Shown here in pieces: positions 39,128 to 51,105 of a DNA stretch of 64,000 nt; position 1 is the stretch's first letter; every line of letters begins with the position of its first letter. The stretch comes from a virus, in the IMG/VR virus record IMGVR_UViG_3300020048_000029, positions 64,001-128,000 of that record. One strand, written 5' to 3'. A program made the translations under genes and the position numbers. A model generated the notes under the pieces. That model made no database searches. It was given only the letters and a program-made list of their open reading frames with translations, and had not been told where the DNA came from.

Positions 39128-39864
39128 TTAGTCTCCCTTTGTGCCATTAATTCAAGAAATTCCTCCTCGGTCAGAGTTATCGACCGTTTTCCGACCGTGT
39201 ATTTTCGCTTAGAAGTGAACTCTCCGTCTTCAAACTGAACACGGTGCTTCATTTTGAATTCGTGAAATACTCCTGAGCACGTAGCGATAGACCCTGCATT
39301 TGCACCCACATTGACTATGCCTTGGTTACCAATGATTGATACTGTGCAATTTCTGTTTGCAGCAATAGACGATTCTCTGTGAGCAGATACGATCGACTCG
39401 TCACATGTGTCAATTGACACGTTTGCGAAAGATTTGATTGTACTTCGGTTTCCGGTTACCACTTTTGAATCGCACGCTACATGAACGAGGCATTCATCAT
39501 TAACATTGATGTCTGCTCCGTCAAGAGTTGACACAAGATTGCCGACACCTTTAATGGCGATCTTACACTTCTTCCCGGCTACTATCATAGCGCCATTCAT
39601 AGCCCCGTTGATATGACAATTATGCCCAACTGAAACGATATTATTGGCCCCACCAATTGTAATTAGTCTAACGTAATCTCCACCCTTGATCACATTGTCA
39701 CTTCCGTTGATAGAAATTGTCGTCATAACATTGCTTCCAATAATGATCGTTGCACCATCAGCATTCATGAACAATGGATTGTCAATATCTGACATTGTTA
39801 CAACATCACCTTTGCGAGCAACGCCATTAGCAGCTGTTACCGGTTCACCATTTATCTTAACCAT
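39124..39864 (-). CDS. Beta-helix repeat hypothetical protein
   Basis: Short repeats such as IxG.NN.IxxG. Confidence 0.5.
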   Translation of the reverse strand: MVKINGEPVTAANGVARKGDVVTMSDIDNPLFMNADGATIIIGSNVMTTISINGSDNVIKGGDYVRLITIGGANNIVSVGHNCHINGAMNGAMIVAGKKCKIAIKGVGNLVSTLDGADINVNDECLVHVACDSKVVTGNRSTIKSFANVSIDTCDESIVSAHRESSIAANRNCTVSIIGNQGIVNVGANAGSIATCSGVFHEFKMKHRVQFEDGEFTSKRKYTVGKRSITLTEEEFLELMAQRETK

Positions 39865-40763
39865 TTCTCCACCTTTGGTAATAAACCCTGTTCATATTCA
39901 TACTACTCTCAATCTGAGACTTGAGAACAATATCCTTTTTCGGATCGTACACTTCTTTAAGTCCGAAATACTGGTCGTACCAGAAATCTCCGCGCTCAGG
40001 ATATGCGTTAAGCTTTGACGCATACGCTGACATCTCGGCGTAGCTCTTCATCAGAGGATACTGTCTCATGCAAGAGCCATCAGGTTTTTAAGTTGGAAGT
40101 TCTTGTCAAACCCATTCATCTTCTTGAGGAACGAGGCATTATTTCTGTTTACTGCAGCGCTGTAAAACATTGTGCATCTACACTCCTTTTTGGACGGCTC
40201 CCCGTCTGAGAGCCTAATGCATTTCCCGCTAAGTCCGTAAGTCAGGTTGCCAACATTTATCACAACGGAATCAACAATGATAGCGTTGCAGTCATCCCTT
40301 ACTTTGAGGCCCATCATCTGCTGTTCAACTTCCGGCATTCTTCTTTCGAGGATCTCGATAGAGGCAGCCTTGTGTCTTGCAAGCTCTTCTTCTAGTTCTT
40401 TCCTGATATTCACATGGCCTCCAATATTTTCATCTCAAGAGCCTTTGAAATCTCTTCGGTATCAATATCTCTAATCGAGTCATCGAATACAGGTTGGAGA
40501 TTCTCAAGAATGTACGGCTTAAGCTCTTCAGAAGTAAGCTTAACACTCTTGACTCCAGACAAGATGTTTTTCTTGATAACTTCAGCCAACTCATCATAGT
40601 TGATCCTGTCAATAACAGACTGAGCAAGGTCATCTAAGTCGAGAGAGCTTGAGATCAGATTGACATTCTGAATTTCATTGACAATCTTATCTTCGAACTC
40701 TGATAAGATTCTTTTTTTCTGAGCTTCTGAGAGCTCGTTGTATAACCATTTTTCAATATTCAT
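39857..40763 (-). CDS. Three small hypothetical genes (39857..40069, 40066..40413, 40410..40763)
   Basis: Overlapping stop/start chain. Confidence 0.5.
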
Positions 40764-41552
40764 TTAATCCTCCTCGATAATATTTTGATAAGCAAGATCC
40801 CCGTAGAGTTCTCGAGCTTTCTTATTGTAGGCGCGAGCGGCATCTTTCTCGTCAAAGAATGCCCCTAATTCGTATACTACGCGGTTTTGGTGTATCCTTG
40901 CCCTCCACTTGCTACCTTTTAAATGAACACCTTTGTATATAGATGTTGTAAAAGATTTCTTAGGACTGTTGTGAGCAGAGGGGGATGTTGTTTCGCAGAA
41001 TGAGCACGTCCTAGGAGAAAATTCTTTCGAACCAGCTCTTGTGATATGCATACCTTCCTTATACCCTGAAGACATAGCCCATTCATAAAATGTAAAGAAC
41101 CTTTTGAATTCTTCACACATTGGGATTCCAAAGTCTTTTGATGCGCACTTCATCCCTCTGTATATTTCATGCAAACCAGTTCTAAACATCCCGTGCTTAT
41201 TCCCACAGTGTCCGCATCTTACTGTGGCTCCTTTTTTAAGGTGAGACGAATACTTTCTTTCAACCCTGCCGCACTTGCACTTTACTATCGCTTTCCTTCT
41301 ACTACCTCTCTCCTCGTCCATTCCTATAACAGTAAAGTCACCGTAAACTTCACCAGTGATATCACTTCCTGACAACCTACAATTTTTACACCTTAGGTCT
41401 CCGATACTCCTTGTAAGTCTATATGTCGATATTCTTTCAACTGTTCCGCATTCGCATTTACATATAGCGATGTACTTATTCCCAACCTTTGCCATTTCAA
41501 CGACTGTGAACGACCCAAACTTTTCTCCCACTATATCTATTTTAGAACCCAT
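40764..41552 (-). mobile_element. AP2-domain homing endonuclease-like gene
   Basis: Repeated CKCECG modules; C-terminal AP2 (YKGVHLKGSKWRARI...LGAF..EKDAARAYN). Confidence 0.7.
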
Positions 41553-41553
41553 G

Positions 41554-42183
41554 TCAAACCACTTTGTTTATAGATGCGTCTTTACCATATATCTCAATAG
41601 CCTTTTTATTATATGCAATTGCAGCATCTTCTTCTTTGTCATAGGTACCAAGACTAATCTGCTTGTAGTTTACAGTTATTCTGGCATTCCACTTACCCTT
41701 ATATTTCCTAACACCCTTATATTTAGAGTGCTTGTTATAAGCAGACTTATTGTGCTGGTTAACATTTCTATTTACCCATCTACAGTTTTCAGGTGAGTAA
41801 TCTCCATTATTGTCAATCCTATCAATTTGCAGGCAATCTTTATACCCGTTTAGTAAAGCCCATTCACCAAACTCTTTTACTGACGGCCACTCATTAGAGA
41901 TGCGTATTCCTCTCCCTCCATATCGATAGTATCTTGCGGAGTTTTTATTAGTACATCTTTGAACGATGTTCTCAAATATCCCCTGCAGCCTCGTTCCACA
42001 AAATCCATGGATAGTTTTTACGTTTACTCGGTAACATCCGCAGCTCTTAGTATCTCCATTTTTAAGAGAGTAACTTCGCACATTCTTTTCCGCACCGCAA
42101 TCACACAAGCACTTCTTGTACTTTGTTCCGTTAATTGCTAATTCGCCTATAACTACAAGCATTCCATATCTTTCTTCATTCAT
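41554..42183 (-). mobile_element. HNH-AP2 homing endonuclease
   Basis: CLCDCG, YGGRGI, IDRIDNNGDYSPENCRW, AP2 C terminus. Confidence 0.8.
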
Positions 42184-42185
42184 AA

Positions 42186-42944
42186 TTACCTCATAACATA
42201 ATATTTTTCAATAGCTTCAAGAAAGCTCGGCCCCTTCCAATAAGGTTCTATGAAGATCCTCTTGTGCCCATCTTTGATTACATGATTCCTCCAGTGGCCG
42301 CGAACGGCGAACCTGGTTGTCAAACCCTGTCTGCCAGATCCAGCCGGTAGAGAACTCTTCATCCCTTTGTAATTACGACCAACATAGATCACCTCATTAG
42401 AGATAGTTGACCGCTTCACACCCTTCACCTTCTGTGGCTTTCTATGAGCTCTCTCAAGGTCTGGCTTTTCTGAGGTAAGGTAAAGTATCATGTTTATGAT
42501 TCCGCTATACTTCTCACGGACGTCATGGTAGTTCTCGGAAGCATTGAATCTCATGAAGTCAAGCTTCCCTTCTCCATACATTCTGATCCCTCGGATTACT
42601 CCATCGATTTCAGCAATGCACCACTCTTCAATGATAAGAGCTTTGAACGGAAGTCTGATCTCTGGAATGTCTTTCGGAGTGTCGGTGCTAAAAAGAGCGT
42701 CTTTCAATTTATCTGAAAAGATGAACTTTTTACCATGAGCTCTAGCATGGCCGATTACAACAGCACCGTTCGCAGTAGTTGCAATTTCCATTTCTGAAGC
42801 GGTCGGGAAAGATGCTGCGAGATCAAGGTAGGCATCTCTGTATGACATCATTGTTCCTGATGCCTGAGTCTCGATCGCATTGTAAAAAAACTTTGGCTTT
42901 TCCCCTGAGGCAGTCTCTTTCGGTATTCCTTGAAACTCTTTCAT
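42186..42944 (-). CDS. Hypothetical phage protein
   Basis: C-terminal VRGHWR...IFIEPYWKG motif typical of phage proteins. Confidence 0.6.
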   Translation of the reverse strand: MKEFQGIPKETASGEKPKFFYNAIETQASGTMMSYRDAYLDLAASFPTASEMEIATTANGAVVIGHARAHGKKFIFSDKLKDALFSTDTPKDIPEIRLPFKALIIEEWCIAEIDGVIRGIRMYGEGKLDFMRFNASENYHDVREKYSGIINMILYLTSEKPDLERAHRKPQKVKGVKRSTISNEVIYVGRNYKGMKSSLPAGSGRQGLTTRFAVRGHWRNHVIKDGHKRIFIEPYWKGPSFLEAIEKYYVMR

Positions 42945-42991
42945 ATTAACTCCATGTTAAAAAAATGGCCCCGGTTTTACCGGAGCCTTGA

Positions 42992-43822
42992 TTATTTAGA
43001 CATATTCGTCTTGAGCTGAGCCTGCAGCTCCTCAAACTCAATATCCAGTTGATCCATCTCAAGCTGGCCCTGATCCTGTGCTGGAGCTACTACAACTTCT
43101 GGCGCCGGATCAGGAGCTACAGACGCTAGATCTGCAACTTCGTCTGCACCTTGTGAGAGCTTGGCTCTCATTTTTTCTACTACAACCGCTGAGAATTTTA
43201 CCACAGCTATCGATGTAACAGAGATTGCAACGATTGTTGCGATTGCTTTTCTTGTTGATATCATTTTTGTCCTCCATGGACTTTTGAATTAGAAAAGGCC
43301 GACAAATTTTGCCGGCCATGTTGAACTTAATCTTTCTTCTTCAGTTTAACCCATTCAGTAGCGTTAGGCCACCAAACGAGATTTCTTTTGCGAAGATCTT
43401 CTTCACACGCTTTGAAGAGATCCTCACCTAAGAGGCGACGAGCCTCTTGTCTCGCTTCATAGTCAGAGGTAGCCACGTCGCTTATGGCAATGAAAACATC
43501 GCCGGTGAATTTCCCTACAGCTTTTGATGCGTTTTTGATTGCTGATAATACACTCATACATAGTCCTTTGAATAGTAGAAGTCACCATTAACTTCCCCTT
43601 CAATACTATTATACCAGTTTTGCTTTAAAAATAACGCCAATAGGCATTTATGAATTTCTTCATATTCTTAATCCTTACAGCTTCTTCTGTAAGCATGAGA
43701 TCATCCTTGTGCTTGTAAGGGAGTATTCCGAGATACCACATCTCTGCAAGCTTTCTTCTCGACTTCCTATTAACTATCTTGGCGAACGATATCAATACGG
43801 CAGCTACAGCAATTACTCCCAC
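42992..43822 (-). CDS. Small hypothetical genes (42992..43264, 43327..43557, 43625..43822)
   Basis: RBSs and flanking terminators. Confidence 0.5.
43595..43617 (-). promoter_or_regulatory. Phage early-type promoter motif (also ~36272-36292, ~47592-47613, ~54572-54593; weaker at ~8466-8486, ~9203-9222)
   Basis: Recurrent TG(G/T)WATAAY-N5-6-TGAWGG upstream of - strand genes. Confidence 0.55.
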
Positions 43823-44148
43823 ATTTCCTCCGGCTTTACATACGCTTGAGACATTTCAACGCTATTACTTAACTTGTGGTTATATGTACAAGGAGTGCAG
43901 TCTCTGAACCCATTCTCTGCAACAATACCTCCAGGACATTCCAACTTGTAGTAATACGGGCAACGGCAGAACATGCAGTTAAACCCTTCTTTTAGATCTA
44001 CACCTTTATGGCAAGGAAAGTGGACACAGTTCCTGTTCTCAAAGTACAGATGGCTGAACGGAATACCAGTTTGCTTTTCGCTTCGCTTCTTAAACAGCTC
44101 AGCTCTTTTAGGGTCTTCAAGCGTCCAGTCTTTCACACACATCTCCAA
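43813..44148 (-). CDS. Cysteine-rich small (zf-like) domain protein
   Basis: FENRNCVHFPCH...FNCMFCRCPYY...DCTPCTYNH. Confidence 0.7.
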   Translation of the reverse strand: MEMCVKDWTLEDPKRAELFKKRSEKQTGIPFSHLYFENRNCVHFPCHKGVDLKEGFNCMFCRCPYYYKLECPGGIVAENGFRDCTPCTYNHKLSNSVEMSQAYVKPEEMWE

Positions 44149-44399
44149 GCTTGCTGATAAAATATCACCCAGCTATTAAGGTTCACAGGAGGCATTTTAC
44201 CGGTGTTGTAATAATGCATTCCGTAGTAAGTGTGCATTGGATTTGAAGTGTCAGACTTTGCAGCGCTTTGCTGTTTTACGTCTCCACCTTCTCGTATTGT
44301 TATCCCTGTCTTCTTCGCGAAATCTGCAAGTTTTTGACTTATCATAAATTTATCCTTTCAAAAAATTAATATATATTCTAAAAAAATGGGAGTTAAGAA

Positions 44400-44774
44400 A
44401 TGTTAGTATATCAGGCAATATCAGAAGACATATCAAAGCTTTATCCTGGAGCGTTGAAATGGTATGAAGAGAAAGTTCTTCAACATCCGAGCAAGGAGAT
44501 TCTTAGGTTTCCTTACGGATTCGCCATAATCGATCATAAGAAGAAGAAGATCTGCACGCTCTTTATTTACGATGGGCTAAGGGGAGTTGGGTATGGCCCA
44601 AAGCTGTTCAAGAAGTGCTTTGAAGCTCTTGGGACAAATAAGCCTGTGATATCAATTTCCGAAGAAACATTGCCATCTATGATGTCGATACTTCTTCACT
44701 ACGATTTCGTTTTGACCAGAGTTGTCTCCGGAGCTTATCGAGATGGTAAAAAAGAATTTTTCTTTAATGAATAG
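44400..44774 (+). CDS. GNAT-family acetyltransferase
   Basis: KICTLFIYDGLRGVGYG acetyl-CoA loop; lone + strand gene. Confidence 0.7.
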   Translation: MLVYQAISEDISKLYPGALKWYEEKVLQHPSKEILRFPYGFAIIDHKKKKICTLFIYDGLRGVGYGPKLFKKCFEALGTNKPVISISEETLPSMMSILLHYDFVLTRVVSGAYRDGKKEFFFNE

Positions 44775-44807
44775 AGCCGGATTACCCGGCCCTACCATTA
44801 TTCAACT

Positions 44808-47241
44808 CTATTTAATAGAGTCAAATTCTTCGAGAAGCATCTTCATATCAGCAGACTTCTCAGCGGCTTCAACATAAGCCTCACGCTGCTTAATAGCGAT
44901 AAGCTCAGCATCCATACGCTCTTTAAGTTCCGCTTTTCTGATCGCGTCCGACTTTCTCTTTTCGTGAGAAGCGACATCGATCTTGTCGATGACCCATGCA
45001 CTAGCAATAGTCGTATCGTCTGTCACACTATTAACTCTGACAGCGCTAATTCCATTGTTGCGAGTCTCAACTGCTACAAAATCGCCAACTTCAATATCGT
45101 CAACAGGACAAAGAAAGAAATACTCTTTATCAGGCGTTCCAGAGTAAATAATTCCAACACTTTTCATACAAATCTCCTTTTTAATGTCTTGACATGTATT
45201 CCATAGCAGACGCTATGAAACCATCTTTATAGGACTCAACAATTTCAGCTAACTCTTCAGAACTGTATCCATTGAAGTTTTCAAGAACAGTGTTTGATTT
45301 TATGTACCCTTCCGGATCCTCCATGAAATCATCATAACTGTGCTCTTTGTCATCGTATCTTGGGTTGAAGAAGAAGTCAATTGAACCCTGCTTTGCATAG
45401 TCCTCAGCAGAACTGCCGCGGCTTATTGGTTCTCCGATAAACTTCTTCTCAGTCTGCATTATTCTAACACACACGTCACCGTCAGCCGCGTTCATAGAGT
45501 TTGCATACACTTCAGCTGCTTCTTCGAATGTCATCCCTGTTGGGACCTTCTCTGAAGCAAGTATGTCGAACATGCACAAGTCACCATCTTTGTAGTCGAG
45601 AAGAAGCTTTGTTTCAGTTCTTCTTGTAATTCCAAAGAATGTGCCAGACGCATTCCTAAGAGACGTATTACCATTACGATCTTCAAGGAACACAGACCCG
45701 TCTTCAAAGTGAAAAACTCTTTTGTTTCCGAAAACAATACAAGTTTCTGCCCATCCAATATCTTCTACAAAATTGTTTTCAATGAGGAAATTGCAGTAGT
45801 CTTCGCCGGATTCCCATTGGAGCTCAAAATTCTCGATAACACTTCCATTTTCAACTATCACTCTTCCAGCGCGACCTGTTAATGAGTCATACCAATTATC
45901 AGTGATCGTGCAGCTATTGATTTCAGAAATCTCTTTCAAAGCATCTGTAGGAGGGTTTGTATCGGTATCGAAAGATGCGATATTATCTCCGCACGAAAGT
46001 CTTGAGAATGGTCTTTCGCGAGTACCATCAAATCCAACTATCTCATCTCTATGGCAGTTGAACTCTATCTTGTTAGCGCAGCAATTCATTTAGTTTCCCG
46101 ATTTTAGTGTTTAGCACTTTTTCAAGCTGTTTTACCTTGTATTTGTGATCGCTCATTATGATGGACTTCATCTTTTCCACAGCAGCTTTCGCCGTGAATT
46201 CAAATTGAATATTGGTCTTTCGACCTTTAACATCGATAAGGCAATCCATACCTCTTTTGGCATAGTAGATTGCTCTTCTGTGAACAATCTTGTCACTACC
46301 ATCAACCGATCTCGCTGTCGATTCAACAGGCTTTACATCGTTACCTGTAAGAACGTAAATAACAGTCATTACTTCTCCTCACGGCACTTGTCGTACCACT
46401 CGTTCAACTTTATAAGTCTTTCAGCATGTTGGTCCCAAACCTTGTCAGCTTTAGACTTTGCGCTGTTAATTAAAATCCTTGAAGAAAGCTTGTGAACGTG
46501 AGCAGGATCAGTGTAGAAATCAATTTTTTCAAGAGACTTGATTAGCTCAGACTCATTCTTACCGGAGTAAGAAACCCCGTCAATTACAACCTTATTGTCT
46601 TTGACGACATGAGTTCTGGGGAGCCCCTCTAAAATTGTGTACACCTTATCCATGCTTTTTTCTCGCTTTCTTCTTGGCAATCCGAGCCTTGCGTTGAGCT
46701 TTTGTCTTTGTAGACTGCGGCCTTTTACCACCGCTTCCGCTCTGTTCATAAGGCGTTGCCATCATAGGCGAAAACATTGCTACTGACAGTAGCGCAGGCA
46801 AAATACTTTTCATTTATCACTCCTTTGTGATATCAATTCTGTTAACCCTAAAGCCATCTTCTCAGAGGCGTCTTCGAGCTCGTTAATATGCCTTCTAGCA
46901 TCTTCCATGTTAGTTATATAAGCCTTCTGCCGTCTATTGAACTCATCGTTCAAGTAGTCAACAAAATTCATGTATAGATCGAGTATTTGTTCTGGGGTTT
47001 CAATCCCTTGCAAGATGTACTCTATCTTGTTTCCAGATACTCTTGAGATATCATCCCTGAAGATCTTTGGAATCCGCTTGTCATCAGCACTGAAAACCGT
47101 TTTAAATTCAGGATTCAAACTTTCAAGGCGAAGATTTTTTACACCGTTTTGCTTGAACATTGTTAACTTGTAATTCAGCTCAATTTCGAACTCAACATGG
47201 ACCGATCCCGCTTCAACAAAAGATCTAAACTTCATAGGCAC
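44808..47241 (-). CDS. Hypothetical genes (44808..45167, 45181..46089, 46073..46369, 46369..46749, 46810..47241)
   Basis: Packed - strand ORFs, mostly with RBSs. Confidence 0.55.
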
Positions 47242-47255
47242 TCCTTAAAATTATT

Positions 47256-47597
47256 AAAAAAAATAGACGTAGTTTACAAACTACGCCTATTCTAGCTGTA
47301 ACACGATCGTACATCGTTACAGCGTTCCGAACCCCTCCGCGACACCACTTTACTTAGTGGGCGCTCGGGGTTGCAGTAACACTTGGAAAAATGGTCGGTT
47401 TGTATCAGACACCGACCAAGCCTGTGGCTACGCTAATTTTAATGACACCGGCAATTGTTCATAGCCCCGATGCCAAGCTTTGGTTACTTAACGCCTACCT
47501 GGACGCACTTTAATTAATATACACGCACACAAGTTGCATGCATACAACAATCACGGTCGTGAGCCGCAAAAGCGAAGTGACCATTAATATTCCCTTC
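47256..47597 (-). ncRNA. Putative structured ncRNA (~300-340 nt) of unknown family
   Basis: ORF-free; upstream TGGTATAAT promoter motif; at least 3 hairpins; ends in hairpin + U-run terminator (47256-47290). Confidence 0.55.
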
Positions 47598-47652
47598 ATA
47601 GTAATTATACCAGAAAATGTTAATTAATAACATCTTCTTCTTTCATGATTAG

Positions 47653-48931
47653 TCACTTGAACACCGCCAATAATATTGCTGTCACAGCAAGAGAGATTGA
47701 AACTAGCTTCCAAATTAAGACCTTCTTTCGAGCTATACTCTCTTTGTCCCGATCTTCGTACAGAGATTTCACCTTTAGAGTAGCTCCACTTTCATATTTA
47801 GGATCGCACTCAATTCCGAATGCTGAATGGGCAAGGTTGATATACAACTTTGTAATCTCAGTCTTGTCATCACACGACTCTTTAATAATCTTTGCAGCTT
47901 CATTCTTGGCAAGTGCGACTGAGCATCTCCCGTCAAATGCTTCATCAAGCTTCTTCAGAAAGTAATCTTCTGATTTCATCCACTCTCCTTTCTCTCTCAC
48001 TTATAATTGCGCGTCGCTCCTCTTCCCCAGCTACGAAATCAGCCTTCGCCTGGTAGAATCTTCTCTCAACACCTTCAACGAAATTCTTGACACGAACCTT
48101 TATTGACTCAATGTGCTCCACATAGTTTTCTTTGTCAACATCGACTGTGAATTCCATGGTGCCTTTGTGGAAGTTTATTAGAACCATATCTCTCTGTCCT
48201 TCTACATCAAACTGCCTTGTGTAGTACTCCGTATTTGCAAACGCAGGGATTTCAAGTCTTATCCCTGGACGACTTGCTCGACACTCAGCTTTAACGGTAA
48301 ACAACTTCAAGAAGTGAACACTAATCGTAACTGTGTTACACTTTTGACTTATCTCGTACAGTTTTTCTTCTTTGGATGACATCGCTATACACCTTTACAG
48401 TTATTAGTTTATGATTAACTTCAGCTTCCCATATCTTTGCTATTCCAAGAACGCTTTTAGGCTCCTTGTTCAATCTTGCTGCTACTGCGATAGCTCCTCC
48501 AATGGTAAACTTTTTCGCAAGATTGAAGTCTCTAACAATTTCTCCTAGTTCGTTAATGAAGTAACTGCCTCCGAATGTTACCACGTACTTCATTCTTCAC
48601 CCCAGCTAATGTTGATGTCAATTGAAGTGTCGAGGCAATCATCAACAGAAATTTCAACACTCTCAGACTCGAACGTGTCTGCGTTTACAACTTCAATCTC
48701 TTGGGACTCACACATGTCTAGCACATCAAGAACCTCTCCGATGTTTAGCCCTGTTGCGAAATCTTCGTCGTAGTAGATAGTTGTTACGCCGGTACCCTCG
48801 TTAGACTTCACTTCAGATATGGCAAATTTGTCTTCATCTCCAGAGTGGAAGACGCAGCACGGTCTGTCAAGTTCAAGGCTGTTCTTTTTGATTGCGGCTC
48901 TCATACTTGCCACAAGTTCTTTCGCTAACAT
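47653..48931 (-). CDS. Hypothetical genes (47653..48000, 47945..48382, 48336..48593, 48590..48931)
   Basis: Overlapping - strand ORFs. Confidence 0.5.
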
Positions 48932-50244
48932 TCAGGCCTCCTTAAAAGGTGTTTAATATGGACTCTCGCAGCGTTCACAGGGACGGCATTTCCGATCTGC
49001 TTAACCACGTCTTTTTTAGTTCCGACGAACTTGTAATCCTTCGGAAACGACATCGCCGCGGATAACTCATGGGGCTGAAGCATCCGGTATCTGATCTCAA
49101 GCTTATGAGGAACCCCGTTCAACTCAACAATCCCAAACCGATCGTGAGTTGTAACGGTTGGAAGCGGCTTGTCAAGAGACTTTGACGATCCTGTTCCATA
49201 ATACTCAACAAGGAACGGTTCACACACGGACAACTGTGTTCCAGCCCCGGTAACAGTCGGAAGCGGAGAGTTTACATCACGGCAATACCCTGGCGAGTAA
49301 TTTGCCACAACAAATGGTTCACACAAGAAATGTTTATTCCCGCCTGCCGTTATCGTGTGGATCGGTTTGTCGATAGGGGTTGAGTTACTCGTACCTTGCA
49401 TCTTAACCAAGAACGGTTCTGCAAGAGCTACGTGCTGCCCAGTCGTAAGAGTTGGAACCGGATCGTTAATACTGCGAGAGTTACTCTGCCCTCTCAAAAT
49501 AACAAGGAATGGATCAACAAGCTCTGGAGACACGTACCGCCGGATCCCGTGTTCAATTCTCCGAAGAGTGTTTTCGCACAGCGGTTTATTCCTGTCAGAC
49601 AAACTCTCGCCCTTGATTTCCCAGTCGATTATCGATCTAGCTGATTTCCACTCATCCTCAGAATGAGTCTGGTCCGGCCAAGTTACTTTCGACTTCTTGG
49701 AAGCAAGGAGGAAAAACCGACTCCGAGTCGTAGGATCTCCATAGTCAGCGCAGTTCACAACTTTGTGTTCAACACTGTATCCGAGACGCTTGATCTCTTT
49801 TACGAACCAGTTGAAGTACTCACCCTTCTTCTTCTCGATCGGTTTAAGATCTTTTCCGAGCGGACCCCAAGTCTTGAACTCTTCAACATTCTCAATGAAA
49901 ATATTGTCGATGTCAAGAGCTTCAGCCCACTCAATAACTCTCTTAGCCCCAGATCTACTCTGGTCATCCTTTGGCTTCCCGCCTCTCGCTTTCGAGAAGT
50001 GAGTACACTCCGGTGACGCGCAGAGCAAGTCAAGACGACCTTCAGGAAAAAGCTCCTTAGGGTCAATGAGCTCAAGCTCATCCTTGATATGTCGAACCTC
50101 TGGATGGTTGAGTTCATGGGTTTTGATCGCCATATCCCAATGATTAACAGCAGTCAATCTTGGGGTAAATCCAAGCTCTCTGGCGGCAAGCATGGCTCCG
50201 GTTGAAGTTCCGCCGGCTCCGCAGAACAAGTCAGCTATTAACAC
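48925..50244 (-). CDS. DNA (cytosine-5) methyltransferase
   Basis: DLFCGAGG, ASPEC, IENV, R.RFF, QIGNAVPV; repeated EPFLV..PT.T units in the TRD region. Confidence 0.92.
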   Translation of the reverse strand: MLIADLFCGAGGTSTGAMLAARELGFTPRLTAVNHWDMAIKTHELNHPEVRHIKDELELIDPKELFPEGRLDLLCASPECTHFSKARGGKPKDDQSRSGAKRVIEWAEALDIDNIFIENVEEFKTWGPLGKDLKPIEKKKGEYFNWFVKEIKRLGYSVEHKVVNCADYGDPTTRSRFFLLASKKSKVTWPDQTHSEDEWKSARSIIDWEIKGESLSDRNKPLCENTLRRIEHGIRRYVSPELVDPFLVILRGQSNSRSINDPVPTLTTGQHVALAEPFLVKMQGTSNSTPIDKPIHTITAGGNKHFLCEPFVVANYSPGYCRDVNSPLPTVTGAGTQLSVCEPFLVEYYGTGSSKSLDKPLPTVTTHDRFGIVELNGVPHKLEIRYRMLQPHELSAAMSFPKDYKFVGTKKDVVKQIGNAVPVNAARVHIKHLLRRPEC

Positions 50245-51105
50245 TCCGCCTCCAATTTCCTTACGCTTTCCATAAGAAGCCCAAGTTCTTTTTTATAGTC
50301 GCGCTTCGCTTTCTCGTGATCTGCTTTGATCTTTTCGAGCTTCACCATGTACGCTTCATTTAAAGTGTTGTACGCATCAATTTCAAAGTAAGGTGTTGTC
50401 ACTTTGATGTGTCCATCAACAGTTTTTGCACTCATTTCCTTACAGCCTTCAATAGATACGGTAGCGCATCCAGGGTATACGCTTGTAACTGCAACCTTTG
50501 CAAGAGTGCTTGAAGCACAATAGAGCACATCACCAACTTTCAATCCATCCATTCATAACCACACTTTTTACATTTTGTTGTAACAGTCTCAACCGTTATC
50601 ATGTCGCTCGGGTGGTCGCACATGGCTTGCTTAGAAATCTCTTGGTAGGCCTCGATAGCCTTAACATACTTTTCATTAGCATCAAACACCATATCGCGAC
50701 ATGCTATTTTCTTCTTTGCTATTTCAAGCTTTTGAGCTACGCTTATTACATGCATTAAAACATCCTTCCAGACCATCTGAATTTCTTTAAAAATTCTTCT
50801 TTTGGGTAGATAAACACTTTTTTGTCAACGGTAAAAATGACATCACCAAGAAATATCTTAGGCTTGCCAGCAGTTGTTTCAATTCTGTTGTCAGAATCGA
50901 GCACATAACAATCCTTGATCTTATTCAATGAGTCGAGCCCGTTGAACAAAATTGCGTTCTCAGCACGCGGTCTATCGTAGTTCTCCTTCCCCTTTTCTGA
51001 AAGGTGTTGGTACAATAGACTTTTAAAACATTCTGTACAGCAATGAAGATTGTTACCTGACATTTCGACAGCGTCTGTAGTCGCATCACAAAAATCACAA
51101 ATCAT
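50238..51105 (-). CDS. Hypothetical genes (50238..50552, 50540..50776, 50755..51105)
   Basis: Overlapping - strand ORFs. Confidence 0.5.
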
